From the NCBI GenBank assembly GCA_002291845.1, contig DBAU01000110.1:24030-88029 (forward strand): a stretch of 64,000 nt of DNA, given 5' to 3'. Below are positions 32,519 through 41,064 of this stretch, in pieces. The notes under the pieces are model-generated. The model did not search any database and was not told the origin of the DNA. It worked only from the letters and a program-made list of their open reading frames with translations. Numbering within the stretch: position 1 is the stretch's first letter; every line of letters begins with the position of its first letter. Made by a program: the position numbers and the translations under genes. This DNA comes from Alphaproteobacteria bacterium UBA1002. GTDB taxonomy: Bacteria; Pseudomonadota; Alphaproteobacteria; Rickettsiales; UBA998.

Positions 32519-33964
32519 TCAACACTCTCCAAAGCGAACAATGTCGTCTTCTCCAAGGTAAGATCCGCTTTGCACTTCCACAAAATCGAGTGGAGTGCGG
32601 CCAATATTCTCAACTGCATGAATCGAGCCCAGCGGGATAAACACATATTGGTTTTCGGTAAGCACCAGCTCTTCATCATCGCGTTGAATACGCGCAGTTC
32701 CTGAAACCACCACCCAATGCTCTGCCCGGTGATGATGCATCTGCACCGACAATTTAGCCCCCGGTTTCACGCGGATGTGCTTAACCTGATAGCGCTCGCC
32801 AAGGTCAATCGTTTCATAAAATCCCCATGCACGGTAGACCCGATTGTGACGGTCAAGTAAGGTATCGTTATGTTGTGAGATCATCTCTAGAAGTTTTTTA
32901 AGTTCCTGCGCGCGGTCTTTTTTTGAAACCAATACGGCGTCCCGGGTAGAGACCACCACCAGATTTTCCAGACCCAGCGCGGCAATCGGCGGACCATCCT
33001 CCGCGCGCAAGTAACAGTCGTGCACGTCATCAGCATAAATGGTTCCTGACATCACATTACCGAATTGATCCTTCGGCGCCATGCGCCAGAGCGCATTCCA
33101 GGTACCGGCATCGCTCCAGCCGCAGGAAAGAGGAACCACCGCTGCATTTTTTGTATGCTCCATTACCGCATAATCGATGGAAATATTCGGCGCCTGTGCG
33201 TATGCCTGATCATCAAGAAGCACACATTCCCCATCGTGCATCGCATGGGCAAAGGCGTCGCGGCAGGCCGCAAAGACCCTGGGAGCATGCACTGCAACTT
33301 CCTCAAGAAATCGATTAACGGGAAACAGAAATATGCCGGAATTCCAACTGTAATGGCCATTGGCTAGATAGGTTTGTGCGGTTTCCACATCGGGCTTTTC
33401 GACAAACTGGCGCACCTCGTGAGCGCCTTCGCAGACCAATGCATCGCCCTTCAGGATGTAGCCGTAACCAGTCGCCGCATGATCCGGCGCAACGCCCAAC
33501 GCCACCAGGCGCTCCTCCAGGGCGGCGTAAGCCGCATGTTCCACTGCCTTGAGAAAACCAGATTCATCCTGAATGATATGGTCTGATGGCAATACCAGCA
33601 TGAAGGCGTTTTTATATTGCGATTGGATATAGAGGGCTGCAGCCGTCACGGCAGGTGCCGTATTGCGCGAGTGCGGCTCCAGCAGAAACTGACAACGTTC
33701 AACCCCTGCACCAGCCATGTGATCCGCGCACAAAAAGCGATGTTCGATATGACTTACAATAACGGGATTTTTTATGTGACGAACCAATCGTGCGCGCCGT
33801 GCAGTCTCCTGCAACAGGCTACGGTGCGGATGATTTAGCTCCAAAAAAGGCTTAGGTAATTTCTGGCGTGACAACGGCCAAAGGCGTGTCCCCATTCCAC
33901 CACAGAGAATCACTGGAATAATCGGCCGTTGGGCTGCAACACTCGGCCCGAGAGCTTGCGTCAT
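32519..33964 (-). CDS. manC: Mannose-1-phosphate guanylyltransferase / mannose-6-phosphate isomerase
   Basis: N-terminal ILCGGMGTRLWPLSR and a C-terminal cupin (HHHRAEHWVVVSG). Start set at MTQALG. Confidence 0.9.
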   Translation of the reverse strand: MTQALGPSVAAQRPIIPVILCGGMGTRLWPLSRQKLPKPFLELNHPHRSLLQETARRARLVRHIKNPVIVSHIEHRFLCADHMAGAGVERCQFLLEPHSRNTAPAVTAAALYIQSQYKNAFMLVLPSDHIIQDESGFLKAVEHAAYAALEERLVALGVAPDHAATGYGYILKGDALVCEGAHEVRQFVEKPDVETAQTYLANGHYSWNSGIFLFPVNRFLEEVAVHAPRVFAACRDAFAHAMHDGECVLLDDQAYAQAPNISIDYAVMEHTKNAAVVPLSCGWSDAGTWNALWRMAPKDQFGNVMSGTIYADDVHDCYLRAEDGPPIAALGLENLVVVSTRDAVLVSKKDRAQELKKLLEMISQHNDTLLDRHNRVYRAWGFYETIDLGERYQVKHIRVKPGAKLSVQMHHHRAEHWVVVSGTARIQRDDEELVLTENQYVFIPLGSIHAVENIGRTPLDFVEVQSGSYLGEDDIVRFGEC

Positions 33965-34181
33965 GAAATGGACACCTTCCGTTTCATACACAGCATGCCG
34001 CAGGCAAAGGTTCTATGCAAAATACTTTGGCTTTTTGGCTTAAAAATTTTGAAAATCTTTCTTTTATGTATTGTTTTTATTAAAAAAATAGGCTTACATT
34101 CCATACCTCAGCAGCTCAATATCATGATATGCATCAAGGCTTTGATGGCGCTTGGCAATCACACACCCACCCGAGGATAAC

Positions 34182-35645
34182 ATGAAGCCTAAGTCGGCCC
34201 CACTCACCCGCGACGACACCTTCTCTGCCATTGATGAAACCATCCTGCGTGCCTACGATATCCGAGGGATTTACCAGCAAACGCTTGATAAAAAAACAGC
34301 TTTCCTCATAGGCAAAGCCTTTGCCACACTGATTGCAGAGCGCTCTGGCCTTGATCATCCCATCATTGTCACCGCCCGCGATGGCCGTCTTTCTTCACCG
34401 TCCCTCTCTCAAGCCCTCAAGGAAGGCATGGCCTCAGCGGGTGCCTATGTACGGGATGCCGGGCTTGGGCCAACGCCCATGCTGTATTTTGGCGTTTATC
34501 ACCTGAATGCTGCGGCGGGTATCATGGTCACTGGCTCACATAATCCGCCAACCCACAACGGGTTTAAGATGACGGTGGCGCATCAGCCATTTTATGGAGA
34601 GGATATTCTGGAAATCGGCGGCCGCATTAAAGCTGGCACCTTGCGGGATGGGGTGGGCAGCATTACGGAGTCACCCCTGTTTGAAGCCTATATTTCCCGT
34701 CTTTTGAAGGATTATGCAGCAGAGGGCACGAAATCTCTTACCGTTGTCTGGGATCCCGGTAACGGAGCGGCGGGCGACGTGGTCACACAGCTGGCGCAAC
34801 GTCTACCTGGCAAGCACATCACGCTGAACACCACCATTGATGGCACGTTCCCGGCGCACCATCCGGATCCCACGATCCCCGCCAATCTGGTTCAGCTGAT
34901 TGATGCAGTGAAAGCGCACAAAGCGGATGTAGGCGTCGCCTTTGATGGAGATGGGGACCGGTTGGGTGCCGTGGATGCGGATGGTAATATCCTATGGGGG
35001 GACCAGTTGATGGTGTTCTTCAGTCGCGACGTGCTGCGCCGTGTGCCAGGTGCCTGCATTATCGCCGATGTGAAAGCCTCACAGACGCTGTTTGACGACA
35101 TTACCGCCCATGGTGGCCGCGCGATTATGTGGAAAACCGGTCACTCCCTTATCAAAGCAAAAATGATTGAAGAGAAAGCCGCTATCGCTGGAGAGATGAG
35201 CGGCCACCTCTTCTTTGCCGACATCTATTATGGATTTGATGACGGGCTGTATTCTGCGGTGCGCTTACTGGAAATGCTGGCCCGCAGCGAACAAACGCTT
35301 GCACAGATGCGCGCAAGCCTGCCAGAGGTCATGAATACGCCGGAAATACGCATTGATGTCCCGGCTGAGCGTAAGTTTGCCATCGTTGAGGAGATCCGCC
35401 AGCGCGTCGTGGCCGAGGCCGCAGACGGTAAGCCCTATGATGTGAATGAAGTAGATGGCGTGCGCGTGCGCTATGGTAATGGCTGGTGGCTGGCCCGCGC
35501 CTCCAATACACAAGCGGCCCTAATTGTACGCTGCGAAGCACAGGATGCTTCTACCCTGGCAACCCTTAAAATGATGGTGAAGGTGCAACTGAGCGCTTCC
35601 GGCATCGATGTTGACCTCGATCATGTTACGGCAAGCGGCCACTGA
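34182..35645 (+). CDS. Phosphomannomutase/phosphoglucomutase
   Basis: Active-site TGSHNPPTHNGFK and Mg site FDGDGDR. Start set at MKPKSAPL behind the GAGGA Shine-Dalgarno sequence. Confidence 0.9.
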   Translation: MKPKSAPLTRDDTFSAIDETILRAYDIRGIYQQTLDKKTAFLIGKAFATLIAERSGLDHPIIVTARDGRLSSPSLSQALKEGMASAGAYVRDAGLGPTPMLYFGVYHLNAAAGIMVTGSHNPPTHNGFKMTVAHQPFYGEDILEIGGRIKAGTLRDGVGSITESPLFEAYISRLLKDYAAEGTKSLTVVWDPGNGAAGDVVTQLAQRLPGKHITLNTTIDGTFPAHHPDPTIPANLVQLIDAVKAHKADVGVAFDGDGDRLGAVDADGNILWGDQLMVFFSRDVLRRVPGACIIADVKASQTLFDDITAHGGRAIMWKTGHSLIKAKMIEEKAAIAGEMSGHLFFADIYYGFDDGLYSAVRLLEMLARSEQTLAQMRASLPEVMNTPEIRIDVPAERKFAIVEEIRQRVVAEAADGKPYDVNEVDGVRVRYGNGWWLARASNTQAALIVRCEAQDASTLATLKMMVKVQLSASGIDVDLDHVTASGH

Positions 35646-35900
35646 ATTTCAGCGCACGTGGCCCCACGGATGGAGCGACGCATGGAAAAAACAGAGCAAC
35701 CATGCATTTGCCGATTGCGCCGTGAAAAATTTCCATCAATATACGGGGGGTAAATGCAGCCAAACCTACTAAGGAAAGGCTTCTTTACTCAAATTTGCAA
35801 TGTTTGTGCCGTGATTAAGGTAATCGCAAATATTTCCTGAGGTTTTCTTAAGGAAAATGCGCGATAATGTAGTCTAAGCGCATTGTAAGGCCTGACGCAC

Positions 35901-36728
35901 GTGAAGCATTATCGCCCCCGCACCCAATCCCTGGTCCTGCCTGTTAAGGCATGGCTTACCGCAGGAAGCGCACTAATATTACTTTCTGGGGCTATTACTC
36001 TGGCCATTCTTAACCGTCAGGGCCACCCTGTTTCGCACAAAGTGCGTGCCGTGATCACGGATGTCGTAACGCCGGTGGTTTCTGCACTCTCCAGCCCCGC
36101 CGCCCTTTTCCGTCAGGCGGGGGATCGAATCGACCATCTCATCGCACTGGATGAAGATAATCTCCGCCTTCGCGAACAGAATGCCGCGTTGCTCCATTGG
36201 CAGACAGTGGCACGTCGTCTGCAGACAGAGAATGAAACCCTGCGACAATTGCTCAATGTTCAGGCCTCACCAGAATATTTCTTTACCACCGCGCGGGTGG
36301 TCACGGGGAGTGCAAGTATTTTCTCGCATACGCTTTTACTCTCAGAAGGCAGCGCGCGCGGCCTGTCACGCGATCAAGCCGTGATCACGGATGAAGGACT
36401 GGTTGGGCGCCTGATTGAAGTGGGTAAACATTCCGCGCAAGTTTTACTGTTGACCGATATCAACTCACGCATCCCTGTAGAGGTAGAGCAAACCGGCGAA
36501 AAAGCGATTTTAGCAGGTGATAACTCATCACGTCCCTTGCTCCAACTTGCCAATGAAAAAGCCCGGCCAATGGTGGGGCAGCGTATTGTCACGGCGGGGG
36601 ATGGCAACGTGTTTCCCTCCGGGTTTGTGGTGGGTGAAATTGCATCAGTGGGCCAGAATTCGGTGCGTATCCAGCCCTATGTTAATGCCTCCCGGCTCGC
36701 CTTCGTGCGAACCGTTGGCCTGAAATAG
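35901..36728 (+). CDS. mreC: Rod shape-determining protein MreC
   Basis: GTG start, N-terminal TM segment, coiled coil (LRLREQNAALLHWQ) and C-terminal beta domains (VITDEGLVGRLIEVG). Followed by mreD. Confidence 0.85.
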   Translation: MKHYRPRTQSLVLPVKAWLTAGSALILLSGAITLAILNRQGHPVSHKVRAVITDVVTPVVSALSSPAALFRQAGDRIDHLIALDEDNLRLREQNAALLHWQTVARRLQTENETLRQLLNVQASPEYFFTTARVVTGSASIFSHTLLLSEGSARGLSRDQAVITDEGLVGRLIEVGKHSAQVLLLTDINSRIPVEVEQTGEKAILAGDNSSRPLLQLANEKARPMVGQRIVTAGDGNVFPSGFVVGEIASVGQNSVRIQPYVNASRLAFVRTVGLK

Positions 36729-36730
36729 CT

Positions 36731-37249
36731 GTGCCAGCATCAACAGAGCGTGCGCAAGTGACACTGGCGCGCCGCCTGGTTCCTCCCGCTTGCCTGAGCC
36801 TAGCCGCGTTACTTCATCTCTCGCGCGTACCAGTGCTTGAATGGCTTCTGGTAACTCCTGCCATTGATATGGTGGCACTCTACTATTGGACGCTAGCTCG
36901 ACCGAATCGTATGCCGATCTGGGTGCTCTTTGTGCTTGGGCTAATCGTTGATAGTTTTTCCACCACTGTACTGGGTATCCACGCCATATTGTACATTATG
37001 GGCTATGCGCTGGCCCGCCTGATCCGAAGGCATATGGAGGCACCGAGCCTCTTGCCGATGTGGGGGATTTTTGCGGTATGGCTTATGGTACAGTTACTGG
37101 CGGAGTGGTTGATGCACGGCTGGCAACATGAGGCGCTCCCGCCGTTCCGTGCCATGCCTTTGCAATGGGTGATAACACTCTGCATATACCCGCTGATACA
37201 TTTATTCTTTGACCGTGTACTGACCATTGGCCAACGCTGGCGTATCTGA
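36731..37249 (+). CDS. mreD: Rod shape-determining protein MreD
   Basis: 172-aa polytopic membrane protein immediately after mreC. Confidence 0.7.
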   Translation: MPASTERAQVTLARRLVPPACLSLAALLHLSRVPVLEWLLVTPAIDMVALYYWTLARPNRMPIWVLFVLGLIVDSFSTTVLGIHAILYIMGYALARLIRRHMEAPSLLPMWGIFAVWLMVQLLAEWLMHGWQHEALPPFRAMPLQWVITLCIYPLIHLFFDRVLTIGQRWRI

Positions 37250-37296
37250 TTCAGATACGTTAGCTTAGCTTTGCTGATCTATATCTTCTTGTTCCC

Positions 37297-39135
37297 ATGC
37301 GCACCACGCACGAATCTCATCGCATCCTGACGCGCCGAGCCTTTGCGCTGGGCGGACTGCAACTTGGCATCGCGAGTGTGCTTGCCTCTCGCCTTTATTA
37401 CCTTCAGTTCATCAAGGCAGATGAATTTCGTACCATGGCTGAAGATAATCGGGTCAATCTGCAACTACTTGCTCCTGAACGCGGCCTTCTGCTGGATCGC
37501 AACGGTGTGCCACTGGCGGAGAATCGTCCAAATTTTCGGGTCTTGCTTGAGCGTGGTGAGAGAGAAGCAACCCTTGCCATCTTTGATAAGGTTGCAGATA
37601 TTTTGCAGATTTCCCCGCAGGGCCGTCAGAAGCTACGGGCTGATTTAATACGCATGGGACGTGGCCACACACTACTGATTCGTGAATACTTGAACTGGGA
37701 TGAGCTAGCCGCCTTGGAATTTCATTCCCCGCGCTTACCCGGTATTTCTATGGAATCAGGCTTTATGCGCCATTATCCGCTGGTGGATAAGGCATCGCAC
37801 CTGATTGGCTTTGTGGGCGCCGTCACCGAAAAAGATCTGGCGCGTGAGCCAGAAAATAAAGGCCTGTTGAAACTACCGGGCTATAAAATCGGCAAAGACG
37901 GTGTAGAAATTATGCTTGAAAAGCAGCTCCGTGGCAAAGCGGGTATGCTGCATATGGAGATGAATGCACACGGGCTCCCCGTGAAAGAGGTGAGCCGGCA
38001 ACCTGCACGAACCGGCAAGAAAACCACCCTCACCATCGATGCGCGCCTTCAGCAATATGCAGCAGAACGCTTTGGTGAGGAATCCGGTGCCGCCGTCATC
38101 ATGCGTGTGGATAATGGGGATGTTCTCGCGCTCGCTTCGGTACCTGCGTTTGATCCCAACCGATTCAGCATGGGAATTCGCAGCGATTATTGGAAAGAGC
38201 TACTCGCCAACAAAAAAAATCCACTGATGAATAAAGCTATTGCGGGCCAGTATCCACCGGGCTCAACCTATAAGATGCTGGTGGGTCTCGCCGCGTTGGA
38301 GGCGGGAGTGATCACGCCGGCGAGCCGAGTTTATTGTCCGGGCCATTTCTTCCTTGGCAATCACCGCTTCAATTGTTGGAAGCCGGAAGGCCATGGCGCG
38401 GTAAACGTGATCGAGGCCATTGCCAAATCCTGTGACACGTTCTTCTATACCATGGCGCAGCGGCTGGGTATCGATAAGATTGCGGAAATGTCTCGTCGCT
38501 TTGGGCTGGGTGAACCCACCGGTATCGGTCTGCCGCATGAAAAAGGTGGGATCATGCCTGACGAGCAATGGAAGCGACAGCGCTATGGTCAGCCGTGGCA
38601 TCCGGGCGATACCATCAACTGTGGTATTGGTCAGGGGTATGTTCTGGCCACGCCGATGCAACTCGCCATTATGGTGGCGCGGCTATGCACCGGACGGCAT
38701 GTCGAGCCACGCTTAGAGATTCCTGCGGGAGAGGAAGATAAACTTCCTAAGCTGATTAAAGTGGATCCTGGTCACCTCTCCGTCATTCAGCAAGGTATGG
38801 ATGCTGTATGTAACAGCCAGATGGGAACAGCCTACTGGTATACACTGCGTGAGGGCCCTTTCAAAATGGGTGGCAAAACCGGGACCTCACAAGTACGCCG
38901 CATCATCATCCGCGGGCAGGATCAGAACCGCATTCCGTGGGAACAGCGTCACCATGCGCTTTTTGTGGGCTATGCCCCGGTGGAGGCCCCCAAATATGCC
39001 TGCGGCGTGATTGTGGAGCATGGCGGAGGCGGTGCCTCTGCTGCTGCTCCTGTGGCACGCGACCTGCTTGCCAAGACCCTTGAACTCTATGATGGTGGCC
39101 CTCCCCCGCCAGAAAAACTGACGCCCTATTCATGA
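37297..39135 (+). CDS. mrdA: Penicillin-binding protein 2 (elongasome transpeptidase)
   Basis: N-terminal TM segment, SxxK as GSTYK and KTG as GGKTGTSQV. Confidence 0.9.
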   Translation: MRTTHESHRILTRRAFALGGLQLGIASVLASRLYYLQFIKADEFRTMAEDNRVNLQLLAPERGLLLDRNGVPLAENRPNFRVLLERGEREATLAIFDKVADILQISPQGRQKLRADLIRMGRGHTLLIREYLNWDELAALEFHSPRLPGISMESGFMRHYPLVDKASHLIGFVGAVTEKDLAREPENKGLLKLPGYKIGKDGVEIMLEKQLRGKAGMLHMEMNAHGLPVKEVSRQPARTGKKTTLTIDARLQQYAAERFGEESGAAVIMRVDNGDVLALASVPAFDPNRFSMGIRSDYWKELLANKKNPLMNKAIAGQYPPGSTYKMLVGLAALEAGVITPASRVYCPGHFFLGNHRFNCWKPEGHGAVNVIEAIAKSCDTFFYTMAQRLGIDKIAEMSRRFGLGEPTGIGLPHEKGGIMPDEQWKRQRYGQPWHPGDTINCGIGQGYVLATPMQLAIMVARLCTGRHVEPRLEIPAGEEDKLPKLIKVDPGHLSVIQQGMDAVCNSQMGTAYWYTLREGPFKMGGKTGTSQVRRIIIRGQDQNRIPWEQRHHALFVGYAPVEAPKYACGVIVEHGGGGASAAAPVARDLLAKTLELYDGGPPPPEKLTPYS

Positions 39136-40262
39136 TCTCGCAATTAGTTGGTCGCACGGTCAGCCTGAAACTTGCCAGCATTCACTGGTGGGCAGTTGGG
39201 CTTGTCGTCGCGGTGGGTATGGTAGGCCTTGCTATGCTGTATACTGCGGCGGGTGGCCATGTCCGGCCGTGGGCATCTGCGCAAGGCCTGCGCTTCATCA
39301 TCGGGTTGGGAGCGATGATTATCATTGCCGTGATTCCGATTCAATTCTGGCTGAAATATGCCTACGTATTCTACGGCGGCGCACTACTGATGCTTATTAT
39401 TGTGGATGTCATTGGCCATATCGGTATGGGTGCCCAACGTTGGGTAGCGGTGGGTGGTGTTACCATTCAACCATCGGAGTTAGCGAAGCTGGCTGTCATA
39501 CTGGCGCTGGCACGCTATTTCCACCGGATGCCACCGCTCAAACACCCAGGCGTGATGCATCTGATGCCACCGATCCTTATGGTGGCCTTGCCGGCCGTTT
39601 TCATCCTGCGCCAGCCCAATCTTGGAACCACCACGGTGGTGGCAGCGGTCTCCGGCTGGATCGCTTTTGCCGCAGGGGTACGGATGCGCTATTTCATGAT
39701 TGTCCTGGTCACGGTGCTCGCTGCCCTGCCCGTGGTGTGGGAATTTATGCATGATTATCAGCGTCAGCGTGTCATGACCTTCCTCAATCCTGAAGCTGAC
39801 CCATTAGGCAGTGGCTACAACATCACCCAATCCATGATCGCGATTGGATCGGGTGGACTAGCGGGTAAGGGCTTTCTCAATGGCTCGCAGGGTCAGCTGG
39901 ACTTCCTGCCGGAAAAGCAGACAGACTTTATCTTCACCATGCTAACCGAGGAGTTCGGCTTTCTGGGTGGGATGCTGGTAATTGCGGCTTACAGTGGGCT
40001 TATCCTTTACGCTATTGCAGTATCCACGCGCTGTCGCCACTTATTCGGAACGCTCGTTGCACAAGGCATCGCAGCGGTGCTTTGCCTGCATTTTACTATC
40101 AACATTGCCATGGTGATGGGGTTAATCCCGGTGGTGGGAATTCCCCTCCCCCTGCTTTCCTATGGCGGCTCAGTGATGATTACCGTCCTGCTGGGGTTCG
40201 GCTTGCTGTTTAACGTCTGGGTGCACCGCGACGAAAAATTACGGGGCAGTGCAGGAAGCTAA
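39132..40262 (+). CDS. rodA: SEDS peptidoglycan glycosyltransferase RodA
   Basis: Ten-TM SEDS layout with QPSELAKL and LPEKQTDFIF. Overlaps mrdA by 4 nt. Confidence 0.9.
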   Translation: MISQLVGRTVSLKLASIHWWAVGLVVAVGMVGLAMLYTAAGGHVRPWASAQGLRFIIGLGAMIIIAVIPIQFWLKYAYVFYGGALLMLIIVDVIGHIGMGAQRWVAVGGVTIQPSELAKLAVILALARYFHRMPPLKHPGVMHLMPPILMVALPAVFILRQPNLGTTTVVAAVSGWIAFAAGVRMRYFMIVLVTVLAALPVVWEFMHDYQRQRVMTFLNPEADPLGSGYNITQSMIAIGSGGLAGKGFLNGSQGQLDFLPEKQTDFIFTMLTEEFGFLGGMLVIAAYSGLILYAIAVSTRCRHLFGTLVAQGIAAVLCLHFTINIAMVMGLIPVVGIPLPLLSYGGSVMITVLLGFGLLFNVWVHRDEKLRGSAGS

Positions 40263-41035
40263 CGCTTCGTATCACCCGTGGCCAGCGCCGCCAGATATTT
40301 CCAGTTTACTTGCGAAAACAGGCACGCGTGGATCAGCGAAATCCAGTCCAGTTTGCGCCAGTCGAGATAAATTTCATCCGGCAACTGACGGAACTTTTCT
40401 TCATCAATGGTCATAAATCCGCGCAGATTAACGCTGCTCCCATCCGGAAGTGCCAGCGTGGACACGCGCTCTACGAGTAATTCCTGCTCCTTCAACGCCT
40501 CCACAAAATCGCGTGTCAGACGGTAATGCTGCTGGTACGCACTGCAGAAATCCAGCGCCCGCTGTGCAACCTCTGCTGCCTTACCCTCGACATAGAAGGG
40601 ATGGGCAGGCTGTTGCGCGGCAAAATTCTCTGCTGCTTCATCAATACATAAAATCCACTGTTGACGATCCGGCGATTCCATCAACGCGAAAGGATATTTC
40701 CGCACATACGCGGGGATGTAGGCGTCGCTGCGCCACTGGCCAGCGATGGTGAGAAAATAATTCTCGCTTTCCAAACCAACCAGCGCAACCGGCATATTGT
40801 CTTCCCCGGCGGTAAACACGATCGGGTAACTGCGGGCAGCTTCTGCAAACTCAATGGCATTCAGCGGAATAGAGTTTGTCGGTCGCGCAAAAGAGAAATG
40901 GCTTAATACCCCTATCCCGGCTTCGGCATGCCGATCCAGTGTAATGGGTTGCGGTGATTTATAAAAAAGCGGCAACTGACTGACCGGGGAGGCCCCGGTG
41001 GTTGTTCCGTTGTGACGCTCTTTCGCCCCGACCAT
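40259..41035 (-). CDS. SapC family protein
   Basis: LPLFYKSPQPITLDRH near the N-terminus and an overall SapC-like layout. The ATG at 41035 is preferred over the TTG at 41074. The stop overlaps the convergent rodA stop. Confidence 0.7.
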   Translation of the reverse strand: MVGAKERHNGTTTGASPVSQLPLFYKSPQPITLDRHAEAGIGVLSHFSFARPTNSIPLNAIEFAEAARSYPIVFTAGEDNMPVALVGLESENYFLTIAGQWRSDAYIPAYVRKYPFALMESPDRQQWILCIDEAAENFAAQQPAHPFYVEGKAAEVAQRALDFCSAYQQHYRLTRDFVEALKEQELLVERVSTLALPDGSSVNLRGFMTIDEEKFRQLPDEIYLDWRKLDWISLIHACLFSQVNWKYLAALATGDTKR

Positions 41036-41064
41036 AGCCTCTACCCCGCTGGTGAATGGTGCAT

